From Candidatus Poribacteria bacterium (GTDB lineage Bacteria; Poribacteria; WGA-4E; WGA-3G): a stretch of DNA of 64,000 bases. This document shows positions 1-8,782 of the stretch, piece after piece. A program made the position numbers and the translations under genes. The notes below the pieces were generated by a model. The model ran no database searches and had not been told where the DNA came from. It was given only the letters and a program-made list of their open reading frames with translations. The stretch covers positions 3,136,001 through 3,200,000 of the forward strand of contig OZ244048.1 of NCBI GenBank assembly GCA_965215265.1, read 5' to 3'. How positions within the stretch are numbered: position 1 is the stretch's first letter; each line of letters opens with the position of its first letter.

Positions 1-972
1 GATTCAACGACTCTTAACACTGCGGTATTCAGAGAGGCACACGAAAAACACAAAATTCGCCTGGTCAACGTTGTTGATGTTATTCCGCAATGCACGTTCG
101 CCGCTGCGTCTGTCGTGACAGACGGTGAACTGATGCTCAGCATCTCAACGAGTGGGAAGAGCCCTGCAATCAGCCGTCGCATCCGAGAATACCTTGAGGA
201 AACGTTGGACGTTAATTCATCACTGTATACACTAGGCTATGAAAATGGTAAGCCGGTACCGATTGTGAATCAAGGTCTTCCGTACCCAATTTATCTTTTA
301 TTAAAAAACCGCCGGTGCGTTGTCTTGTGTCGGAAGGAAACGCCGGAAATCGCACGTCGGATTTCACTGCTCCGGCAATCTGAGGCAACCGTTGTGCTGA
401 ACCCTGATCATCTTAACGATGCGTTTCTGATTGTCACGGATAATGGGCACAATGCGACTGGCGAGATAGAGACGAGTTGTATGGGCAGCCATGCAGGGTG
501 CGATAGCAAAGGAGACTCGCCGACCCCGCTCATAGAGAACGTTCAGCAACAAGATGCAGGCACCTATTTTACGCAGGAGCTCGTCATAGATGGTGACTTA
601 ATAATTAGTATTGCAGTTGGTGATAAAGAGCACGCTGATAAAGCGATACGTCTGCACAAAAAACTGGCAGAGCGGTTCGAAAACAGAGGGTATGCGGTTT
701 TTATTGATTTCCTCGGGGCACTCCGTCCAATTATCCTGAGTGCACTTCCGACCTCAAAAAAACGTGCAGCCTTTTTTGAGACGCTCATCGACCACGTTGG
801 AGTAGACAGTGCAGGTGCCTGCGTATCCCTTCAGTCTGGCCGATGTTGCTTAAGACTTAGACGGTCTGAATGTGACAGGGAATGTTTATTCAACTGGATG
901 AGACATGGCAGATTGGATGCTGCCGATCAGCTTGTATCCGCCCTGTTAAATGAGGCTGCGGCAAAGGCATGA
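1..972 (+). CDS. Precorrin-2 dehydrogenase/sirohydrochlorin ferrochelatase-like protein (SirC/CysG N-terminal type), 5' end outside the window, with a degenerate second copy of the domain
   Basis: Frame 1 is open from base 1: ...LVNVVDVIPQCTFAAASVVTDGELMLSISTSGKSPAISRRIRE, matching the SirC/Met8 motifs VNVVD and ISTSGKSP. A second YPIYLLLKNRRCVVL...DGDLIISIAV unit follows. It heads a heme operon. Confidence 0.75.
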   Translation, partial: DSTTLNTAVFREAHEKHKIRLVNVVDVIPQCTFAAASVVTDGELMLSISTSGKSPAISRRIREYLEETLDVNSSLYTLGYENGKPVPIVNQGLPYPIYLLLKNRRCVVLCRKETPEIARRISLLRQSEATVVLNPDHLNDAFLIVTDNGHNATGEIETSCMGSHAGCDSKGDSPTPLIENVQQQDAGTYFTQELVIDGDLIISIAVGDKEHADKAIRLHKKLAERFENRGYAVFIDFLGALRPIILSALPTSKKRAAFFETLIDHVGVDSAGACVSLQSGRCCLRLRRSECDRECLFNWMRHGRLDAADQLVSALLNEAAAKA

Positions 973-1808
973 ATTTTTTATTTTTAATCACGCTTCTAAT
1001 TTACTTGACAGCGAGCATTTTTCAGCTTCTTTCTCTGATTATAGGAAGTCGCACAGAAGTCTCAACCCTCCAGCATACAATTGCGAGTATCGCTTTTTGG
1101 GCGACTACTCTGGGCTTCGCGTTTCTGACGTTCTTTATCGGGCTGTGGTGGCTGCGTCAAGAACATTTCCCGATGACACATTGGCTGGATACAACCTCCT
1201 TTTTTGCTTGGGCGATCACGTTAATTTACTTAATCATTGTCCATTTGACACATCTTCGTGCGCTAGGGAGTTTTGTTGTGCCTGTAGCCTTCCTCGCAAT
1301 GCTCATCTCCTATAGTTTCTTCAAAAGTACGGCATCCTTGCCGGAACAGTTGCAGAACTACTGGCTTCTTGTGCACTCAACGCTGATTTTTCTGGCGTAT
1401 GCGGCTTTCATCGCTGCTTTCGGGTTTGGGCTGATGTACCTGATGGCAGAGAAGAAAATTCGAGAGAAGACACATTTGCTCTTATCCAATCTACTGCCTG
1501 CGCTTGGAAATTCTGATGAATTCGGTTATCGGTGTACTCTTATGGGCGTTATTCTTCTCTCAATAGGAATTATAGTCGGTATTCTTTGGACACAATACAT
1601 CCGCGAAATTCCGTGGCGATGGCTAGATGCCAAAGTTGTCTTCACGCTTATCACTTGGTTTATCTATACCGCGCAAATCGCTATTCGGCAATTTTGGGGT
1701 TGGCGTGGGCGAAAGGCTGCGTATTCGGCCATTATTGGGTTTATTGCTGTCCTCTGTACATACGTCGGAGTGAACCTCTTTTTACACAGCACTCACGCCT
1801 GGCGATAG
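969..1808 (+). CDS. ccsA: Cytochrome c assembly protein, CcsA/HemX family
   Basis: Polytopic membrane protein with WLLVHSTLIFLAY, GILW...WRWLDAK (WWD-like) and WGWRGRKAA, plus a C-terminal His. It lies directly before hemA. Confidence 0.85.
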   Translation: MNFLFLITLLIYLTASIFQLLSLIIGSRTEVSTLQHTIASIAFWATTLGFAFLTFFIGLWWLRQEHFPMTHWLDTTSFFAWAITLIYLIIVHLTHLRALGSFVVPVAFLAMLISYSFFKSTASLPEQLQNYWLLVHSTLIFLAYAAFIAAFGFGLMYLMAEKKIREKTHLLLSNLLPALGNSDEFGYRCTLMGVILLSIGIIVGILWTQYIREIPWRWLDAKVVFTLITWFIYTAQIAIRQFWGWRGRKAAYSAIIGFIAVLCTYVGVNLFLHSTHAWR

Positions 1809-2030
1809 TTCGGGTACGACTTGTCAGTTGCGTCTCTGCAGGTAATTTGACTTTGCTAGCAAAATGTTGTATAATTAAAGAACAGAGCCTCTGTAAAAAT
1901 GAGTAGTTCTATGGGAAAACACCACAGTGGGCAGGACGGAATACAGTCATATAATACTGTATCGGTTCCCACATGCGATATAAATTGTGATTCTAGAGTC
2001 TCTACTGCATTTGGGAATTTGCATGCTCCA

Positions 2031-3332
2031 ATGAAACAGATGAAGCAGATCTTTTCTATCGGGACAAGTCATCACGTTGCGCCGATAGAGTTCAGAGAGA
2101 GACTGGCATTTTCTGAAGCGAAACTGAGCGCTGCACTGCACGAACTTCGAGAATCAGATTCGGTACAGGAAGCGGTGATTCTGTCTACGTGCAACCGGGT
2201 TGAAATCTATGCCGTAATGAATGCCTGCCGGGGTGCCGAAGCGCCAACGCGGTTTCTACTTGAATTCCTCTCGCGCTATCACCGGATTGATGTGGACGTG
2301 CTCAAGCAGTTCACCTATATGCACCATGAGCTTCGGACAATTCTTCATCTTTTTAGAGTGACAGCTAGTCTTGATTCTATGATAGTTGGGGAGCCGCAGA
2401 TTTTGGGGCAGGTGAAAGAGGCTTATGAATTTTCGCGTTCTGCCGGGGGGGCTGGGCTGCTCCTAAATCGGTTGTTTACTAAGGCTTTCAGTGTTGGGAA
2501 ACGGGTCAGATCAGAGACGACTATCGCTAGCGGTGCGGTTTCGATCAGCTATGCGGCTGTCGAACTGGCAAAGAAAATTTTTAACACCTTAGCGGGCAAA
2601 ACGGTGGCGATTATCGGCGCTGGTGAAATGAGCGAATTGACAGCTAAGCACCTCGTTGCCAATGGGGTTTCCAAGGTCATCGTCGCGAATCGTACGTACG
2701 AGCGTGCTGTGAAAATTGCTGAGAAGTTCAAAGGCACTCCGGTGCCTTTCAAAAGCGACCTCGGTTTCCTGATTGATGCCGACATTGTTATTAGTTCGAC
2801 TGATGCGTCTCAATATCTTATTAGTCCACGTCCACTTGCTGAAGTAATGAAAAAACGGAAGCACCGGTATATGTTTCTCATTGACATCGCTGTCCCTCGC
2901 GACATAGACCCGGATGTCAGCAAAATAGACCACGTCTTTCTCTATAACATTGATGATCTGGAGGCTGTTGTTGCTTCGAATCTCAAACAGCGCCAACTCG
3001 AAGCTGCACGGGCTGAACAGATTGTCTCTGAAGAGGCGAATGGGTTTCATGGGCAATTGCAAATTTTTTCGGTCAATCCAACGATTAAGGCACTGCATCA
3101 GCAATTTCAGAAGATAGTTGAAGCAGAGCGTGCCGTCTGCTTTGGCAAGGCTGAACTGTCTGATAAACAACAGGCTGCTGTTGCGTCCATGACTCAGGCG
3201 ATTGTCAAAAAGCTGCTCCATCATCCGGTTAAAAATCTACGGGAGGCTGTAAACGATGAGGATGCGGACCACGGGCAATATATACAGGCACTCCAGGAAT
3301 TATTCGCCTTGGATGCTATGGATGAGAACTAG
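2031..3332 (+). CDS. hemA: Glutamyl-tRNA reductase
   Basis: Motifs LSTCNRVEIY, SLDSMIVGEPQILGQVK, IGAGEM and DIAVPRDID. The start is uncertain; the ORF is open from 1899. Confidence 0.96.
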   Translation: MKQMKQIFSIGTSHHVAPIEFRERLAFSEAKLSAALHELRESDSVQEAVILSTCNRVEIYAVMNACRGAEAPTRFLLEFLSRYHRIDVDVLKQFTYMHHELRTILHLFRVTASLDSMIVGEPQILGQVKEAYEFSRSAGGAGLLLNRLFTKAFSVGKRVRSETTIASGAVSISYAAVELAKKIFNTLAGKTVAIIGAGEMSELTAKHLVANGVSKVIVANRTYERAVKIAEKFKGTPVPFKSDLGFLIDADIVISSTDASQYLISPRPLAEVMKKRKHRYMFLIDIAVPRDIDPDVSKIDHVFLYNIDDLEAVVASNLKQRQLEAARAEQIVSEEANGFHGQLQIFSVNPTIKALHQQFQKIVEAERAVCFGKAELSDKQQAAVASMTQAIVKKLLHHPVKNLREAVNDEDADHGQYIQALQELFALDAMDEN

Positions 3333-3407
3333 TGATGTACGCATGAGTTGAGGGGCGGTGTAGTTTGGGGCGATTTCTCCTGCTTACCGGATTCTAAGTG
3401 AGAAGGC

Positions 3408-4325
3408 ATGTCGATGAACAGTTCGATTACAATAGGAACGCGTGGTAGTCAGCTGGCGCTGTGGCAGGCGGGATTTGTCAAGAAACAGTTCGCTATCTAT
3501 TTCCCAGAGCTCCCGGTGTCGCTCAAAATTATCAAAACGACCGGGGATATTGCGCAAAACCGTCCGATTCTCGGATTAGGCAGAGGCGTTTTTACAAAAG
3601 AGATAGAGACGGCCCTCTTAAAGCATGAAATAGACCTGGCTGTGCATAGTCTGAAAGACCTGCCTACCGAATTGCCTGCAGGGCTCTGTCTCGCAGCGAT
3701 TCCTGTTCGTGAAGATGCACGTGATGTCCTGATCACATCCTCAGGACTCACATTAGGACGGCTGCCAGAGGGTGCGAAAATCGGCACAACCAGCCCGAGA
3801 CGTAAAGCGCAGCTGCTGCATACGCGCCCAGATTTGCAGATACAAGAGGTGCGGGGCAATATTGATACGCGGCTCCGCAAACTTCATGAAACCCAATTGG
3901 ACGGGCTTATCCTCGCCGCCGCAGGCATTAAACGGCTCCGCAAGACAGCAAGCATTACGCAGTTTTTGGATAGAGAATTGATGGTACCTGCCGTTGGCCA
4001 AGGTGCCTTGGCGATTGAAACACGGCAGCAGGATAGGGCCATTGCGAAGTTAGTCGCCCTGCTAAATAACGCCCGGGCAGAGACTGAAATCACTGCAGAA
4101 AGAACGGTATTGGAAAGACTCGGCGGCGGATGCAATGTCCCTATTGGTGCAAACGCTATGCATGTGGCCGGTGAACTCTCACTTATCGCTACTGTCTGTC
4201 ATCCAGAAGGTACCCGGCGTATTGTAGAGAGGGCCACGGCACCCTCAAACGATGCCCAGCTGCTAGGCGAACTAATCGCCGATAAACTCCGCACCGGCGG
4301 GGCAGCTCAACTTTTAAAGATGTGA
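3408..4325 (+). CDS. hemC: Hydroxymethylbilane synthase (porphobilinogen deaminase)
   Basis: Motifs IGTRGSQLALWQA, GVFTKEIE, AVHSLKDLP, RGNIDTRL and LGGGCNVPIG. Confidence 0.97.
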   Translation: MSMNSSITIGTRGSQLALWQAGFVKKQFAIYFPELPVSLKIIKTTGDIAQNRPILGLGRGVFTKEIETALLKHEIDLAVHSLKDLPTELPAGLCLAAIPVREDARDVLITSSGLTLGRLPEGAKIGTTSPRRKAQLLHTRPDLQIQEVRGNIDTRLRKLHETQLDGLILAAAGIKRLRKTASITQFLDRELMVPAVGQGALAIETRQQDRAIAKLVALLNNARAETEITAERTVLERLGGGCNVPIGANAMHVAGELSLIATVCHPEGTRRIVERATAPSNDAQLLGELIADKLRTGGAAQLLKM

Positions 4326-5884
4326 TGACTACACAGAAACAAGGCACTGTTTATATCGTCGGAGCAGGACCGGGCGATAGCAAACTCATCACCCTTAAAG
4401 GCATAGAATGCCTTCAGAAGGCTGATGTCGTTATCTACGATCTGCTCTTGAACCACAGCTTGCTTGAGTACTGCCCTGCGCATACCGAAAGGATTCAAGC
4501 CCCGGATCCGAGAATTCGTACCGCCCGCCAAACTGAGCTGAATCAGTCGCTCATCCATCATGCGAAAAGCGGAAAAACTGTTGTTCGTCTGAAGGGTGGC
4601 GATCCGTATATTTTTGGGCGCGGCGGCGAAGAGGCGCTTGTACTCGCGGAAGCCGGAATCACATTTGAGGTTGTTCCCGGTATTACCGCAGCGGTAGCTG
4701 CATCGGCGTATGCAGGCATCCCCGTCACGCATCGCAACTATGCCTCGTCGGTTGCGTTTGTGACGGGGCATTCTGCGGCATTAAAACCGGATTCAAACAT
4801 CGATTGGGAACGTCTCGCTACGGCTGTCGATACGCTTGTTGTTTACATGGGTGTGGCACATTTACGCCAAATCGTGGAACGACTCAGAGGACACGGTAGA
4901 ACGGCACAAACCCCTGTTAGCCTTATCCGTGTTGGGACGACTCCACAACAACAGGTTGTACAGGGGACGCTTGCTGATATCGTGGAAAAAGTGGAGGCTG
5001 CGCAATTGAGGAGCCCGGCGATTATCGTTGTCGGGGAGGTGAACCAATTGCGGGCGCAACTCCGGTGGTTTGATACTAAACCGCTTTTCGGCAAACGGGT
5101 GCTTGTTACGCGTGCACGTGCCCAGGCAAGTGGATTGGCAGATCTCCTAGAACTTAACGGTGCGGAGGTTATCCAATTTCCGACTATACAGATTGAGCCC
5201 GTCGCAGAAACCGCTCGCCTCGCTAGTGCTATAGAGATTTTGCACGAGTATACGTGGATTATTTTCACTAGTGTCAATGCCGTTGAGATTTTCTATCAAC
5301 GTCTCCGGGAAAATGGGAGGGATGTGCGTGCGTTTGGAACAACGTCCCAGCTCTGTGCTGTTGGTTCCAAAACGGTTGAGGCGTTAAATCGTATCGGTAT
5401 CCATCCGGATTTCGTGCCTACTCAGGCACGTGGGGCTGCGATCGCTGCCGAGCTCGACAATGTAACCGCTCAGAAAATCCTGCTACCGCGCGCCAAAATT
5501 GCTCCACCCGACCTTCCTGACAGCTTACGCGCGAAAGACGCTATTGTTGATGAAATTCCGCTGTACGATACGATTAGCGTGGAGAGCGGAAACCGGGCGG
5601 CTATCGCAAAACAACTCCTGAAAGGCGAAATCGAATTGGCGACGTTCACCAGTTCGTCAACCGTAACCAACTTCCTTGAGATGTTTCCTACGTATACCGC
5701 TGATGTCTTATTGGCGGACGTTCGCGTTGCGGTTATCGGGCCCACGACACAGGCGACAGCAGTCGCACACGGAATGCGTGTTGACATCGTGGCGAAGCAT
5801 GCTACAATAGAACACCTCGTTGAGTCGATTGTTGAGATGTATCAAAATAGGAACTGCTCTCCCCATCATGGACATGATGCCTAA
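4322..5884 (+). CDS. cobA: Fused uroporphyrinogen-III C-methyltransferase / uroporphyrinogen-III synthase (CobA-HemD)
   Basis: N-terminal VGAGPGD, RLKGGDPYIFGRGGEE and VPGITA. C-terminal HemD domain with VLVTRAR, IFTSVNAV, FTSSSTV and IGPTT. Confidence 0.93.
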   Translation: MMTTQKQGTVYIVGAGPGDSKLITLKGIECLQKADVVIYDLLLNHSLLEYCPAHTERIQAPDPRIRTARQTELNQSLIHHAKSGKTVVRLKGGDPYIFGRGGEEALVLAEAGITFEVVPGITAAVAASAYAGIPVTHRNYASSVAFVTGHSAALKPDSNIDWERLATAVDTLVVYMGVAHLRQIVERLRGHGRTAQTPVSLIRVGTTPQQQVVQGTLADIVEKVEAAQLRSPAIIVVGEVNQLRAQLRWFDTKPLFGKRVLVTRARAQASGLADLLELNGAEVIQFPTIQIEPVAETARLASAIEILHEYTWIIFTSVNAVEIFYQRLRENGRDVRAFGTTSQLCAVGSKTVEALNRIGIHPDFVPTQARGAAIAAELDNVTAQKILLPRAKIAPPDLPDSLRAKDAIVDEIPLYDTISVESGNRAAIAKQLLKGEIELATFTSSSTVTNFLEMFPTYTADVLLADVRVAVIGPTTQATAVAHGMRVDIVAKHATIEHLVESIVEMYQNRNCSPHHGHDA

Positions 5885-5909
5885 TGATTGAGTCAAGGAG
5901 CCTTGAAAC

Positions 5910-6635
5910 TTGCGCAATTACGCCCAAATCACCGAACGTCTGAAAGACTTGGAAATGCCAATGGAATTGCTTGGGATTGTCCACGGTTATCCTATACACC
6001 AAATTCGCTTAGTATCGTCAGCACATAAGCCTCGACAGGTTCTTGTCACTGGCGGTGTACATGGCGATGAACCTGCAGGCGTTGAGGCAGTCTTACAGTT
6101 GCTTGCGCGTGACAATACTGCATTGCTAAAAAAGTTTTCATTTTTAGTGATTCCTTGTGTCAACCCCTACGGTTTCGTTCATGACACCCGTGAAACCCTC
6201 GACGGTGTAGACATTAACCGTGCTTTTGAAACAGATAATGTTGCGGAAGTGGCAGTCATCAAGGAGGCACTAGGACAAACGCAATTCTTGCTCACAATAG
6301 ACTTTCACGAAGACTACGATGCAACCGGTTTCTACCTCTACGAAGGTAAACGTGACGAGAAGTACATCGGACCTCAGCTGGCTGCAGCTGCCAAAGCAAT
6401 CGGTCCGCTGGATGCGGAGAACCCAGGCGAAGATGCCCCCGAGATTGCCGACGGAGTCTACAAAGTTGCGACCTCATGGGGGACTCAGGGGCTGGCACCT
6501 TACCTGTTACATTTTCACAGCGAACATGTTATCATTTCTGAAACGCCGACAATCTGGCCTCTGGAACAACGTGTCGCTCTCCATGTAGCCATACTGGATA
6601 CCGCACTAGACAGCGTATCAGAAAAGGGCATATAA
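5910..6635 (+). CDS. M14-family zinc carboxypeptidase / succinylglutamate desuccinylase-like protein
   Basis: Motifs GGVHGDEPAG, PCVNPYG, DINRAF, DFHED and ISETP. Confidence 0.85.
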   Translation: MRNYAQITERLKDLEMPMELLGIVHGYPIHQIRLVSSAHKPRQVLVTGGVHGDEPAGVEAVLQLLARDNTALLKKFSFLVIPCVNPYGFVHDTRETLDGVDINRAFETDNVAEVAVIKEALGQTQFLLTIDFHEDYDATGFYLYEGKRDEKYIGPQLAAAAKAIGPLDAENPGEDAPEIADGVYKVATSWGTQGLAPYLLHFHSEHVIISETPTIWPLEQRVALHVAILDTALDSVSEKGI

Positions 6636-6657
6636 AGGGAAAGGGAAGATTAGTAGC

Positions 6658-6681
6658 TACTATGTTCTTAGTAGATAGTTC
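6658..6681. repeat. 24-bp direct repeat, copy 1 (tactatgttcttagtagatagttc); left boundary of the island
   Basis: Identical to 19094-19117. Confidence 0.85.
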
Positions 6682-6873
6682 ACTTAACGGGAACCAAGAC
6701 TGCCATTTCATGACGGAGCCTCCAGAGTTCTGTTCCCGACACACGAAAAGAAATATTGGCAACTGTCACGTGAAAAATCTAAAAAATATACCTATACTTG
6801 TAATATGGACAGAGCACTAGTGTAATCGTTTTGCTCGCTCGAAGTTCTAAAGTGATATTATGTGTCATTTTTT

Positions 6874-7327
6874 TTAGAAAGCGTTTGCAACAATAACAAG
6901 GTCCAGGATATTCACCACGCCGTCGCCATTAAGATCCGGCTTGTATTCCCCGAATGCATTTGCAACGATAACTAGGTCAAGAATGTTCACGATACCATCA
7001 CTGTTGAGGTCGGCGGCCTTGCTAGTGCTTTTTAGGTAGATTTTTCCGTCTAAATCTGTGAGGGTATGCACGTCGGCTTTGATACCATTTGAAACCGCTA
7101 TTGTGTTTTCAGGCAATTCGATCTTCTGTTCCTTGCCACTATACTCCCATTTGCCGATGAGGCGCTCCTTTATCGCCGCCTTAACTTTATTCCGGATTGT
7201 ACCTTTCGCGGGCAGCATCAGAATCCGCAAGTAGCCTTTCTCTTTCCTTTTGCGTTTCTTGGGACTTTAGTATTACACAACTTGTGAACACCATTCCCAT
7301 TATGCCGAGTGTGACGAGTCTTTTCAT
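6874..7327 (-). pseudogene. Chimeric remnant: frameshifted lipoprotein 5' part joined to a dockerin-like C-terminal fragment
   Basis: ATG at 7327 gives MKRLVTLGIMGMVFTSC...ERYNPE*. A shifted frame continues ...KERLIGKWEY and then DLNSDGIVNILDLVIVANAF / DLNGDGVVNILDLVIVANAF, a dockerin/EF-hand-like pair. Confidence 0.65.
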
Positions 7328-7572
7328 AGGGTGAATCCTTATCCTGCATCCAATGCGAAACATTCTCTATTTGGGTTGCGCAGAGCTGGCACTTATGCGA
7401 ACCTGTCCAATGCTGTTTCAGTTTACGCCCCAACCTTGTGAACAATTAGCATGTAGCATGGATAGCATGTAGCATGGAGTGCAGGGAGGTCTTGAGTTTC
7501 GTTTTCAGGTTTCATAGGAAAAGTATACCCAAACCTACTCAAAATGTCAATAACTTACATAATGTAAACACT
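7140..7572. repeat. ~433-bp direct repeat, copy 1
   Basis: Near-identical to 18653-19086; the only difference I saw is a small substitution plus indel near 7517-7522. Confidence 0.95.
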
Positions 7573-7626
7573 CTCTAGAGAAATTCTCGATAAATGGAAT
7601 ATATCATAAACTTTATACGGTGTCAA

Positions 7627-8304
7627 CTAAAAAAACTGTTGCGCCGCTGCGAGGTGTTCCGGATATCCGATATCTATCCACGCCACGTTCGTTTTAAGAA
7701 CATAGAGATTTTTTAATTTCGGAAGCACATCGTAGGAAAGAGAGAAAACATCACGTGCGGGAAATTCACGTGCAATTTCCGTATTGAAAAGATATACCCC
7801 GGCGTTGATATATCCACTTTGGTGCGTGGTAGGTTTTTCCAAAAACCCGGTAATCCGCCCAGTGTCTGAAGAACTAATTTGCCCATAAAGACGCGTGTCG
7901 TCTACCCAAACAGCTAACAGCAACCCAACCATGTGCTCTTGAAAGGTAGATGTCATCTGGTTGAGAGAGAAGTCTCGCCAAAGCACATCACCGTTCAGAA
8001 CAAAGAAAGGTGAGCCTTGGATGGACCGCATCGCATTTTTGAGGGCACCGCCAGTGTCCAATTTTCGATCGTCTTTGCAATAACGAATCGAAAGCCCTTT
8101 GTATGTATTCCCAACGGTTTCTTGAAGGACGTTGTGAAGATAGCCCGTAGCAAGGATGAGTTCTTGAACACCGACTTCCTTTAGGAAATCACATTGCCAA
8201 TCCAGGACAGAACGTCCTTTGACTTGCATGAGGAGTTTCGGAGTGCGTTCTGCTGTTTTCCCCAATCGCGTGGCACGGCCACCACATAAAATTATCGCTT
8301 GCAT
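7627..8304 (-). CDS. Sugar-phosphate nucleotidyltransferase (NTP_transferase family; HddC/mannose-1-P guanylyltransferase-like)
   Basis: Motifs AIILCGGRATRL, PKLLM, LDTGGAL, VLNGDV, FLEKP, INAGVYLF and WIDIG. Confidence 0.88.
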   Translation of the reverse strand: MQAIILCGGRATRLGKTAERTPKLLMQVKGRSVLDWQCDFLKEVGVQELILATGYLHNVLQETVGNTYKGLSIRYCKDDRKLDTGGALKNAMRSIQGSPFFVLNGDVLWRDFSLNQMTSTFQEHMVGLLLAVWVDDTRLYGQISSSDTGRITGFLEKPTTHQSGYINAGVYLFNTEIAREFPARDVFSLSYDVLPKLKNLYVLKTNVAWIDIGYPEHLAAAQQFF

Positions 8305-8391
8305 ACCAAATCTATTTTTATCCTTTGCGAGAGCTGTGGGGACACTTTAAAAGTGTCCCCACAAATAATTCTAAGGTTCTGCCAACCTATG

Positions 8392-8745
8392 CTAAAGCGG
8401 CTCTGGATTCGGAGCATCGCTTGGTTCAGGACTTGGCTTGGGTTCTTCTGGGGGCAGTGGATCCACAACCCCTGGATGAGAAATTATTGACGCGGTTCGT
8501 GCAGCAACGTCCATAACAAGCGGCTCTGGATTCGGAGCATCGCTTGGTCCCGGGCTGGGTTTGGGTTCTGGTAACGGTGGCTTCACAATCCCCGGACAAG
8601 GAATTATGGATGCTATTTGCACGGAAGCGTCCATAAAAAGCCTTTCAACCGGTGTAGTCCCCTCGGCAAAAATGGCCGCTCCACAGAATGTTGTCATCAG
8701 TAGGAGACTGAGTCCAACCGAAAATACGCTAGGTTTACGTGTCAT
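8392..8745 (-). CDS. Small secreted Pro-rich protein with two ~42-aa tandem repeats
   Basis: GGAGG RBS before ATG 8745, a signal peptide (..GAAIFA), and a repeated MD..ASII..PG.V.P.P.EPKPSP.PSDAPNPEPL unit. Confidence 0.7.
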   Translation of the reverse strand: MTRKPSVFSVGLSLLLMTTFCGAAIFAEGTTPVERLFMDASVQIASIIPCPGIVKPPLPEPKPSPGPSDAPNPEPLVMDVAARTASIISHPGVVDPLPPEEPKPSPEPSDAPNPEPL

Positions 8746-8782
8746 AGTTTTCCTCCGAAAAAATGTATCCGTTTCGGGCAAA

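Noticed and set aside
7218-7445. 75-aa ORF (also at 18731-18958) as a real gene or IS transposase
   Set aside because: It has no transposase motifs or terminal inverted repeats, and an overlapping frame gives a more convincing lipoprotein homolog.
7552-7580. dif/Xer-like site (acttacataatgtaaa)
   Set aside because: Only one arm is loosely similar and the XerD arm is missing; it is at most a short palindrome.
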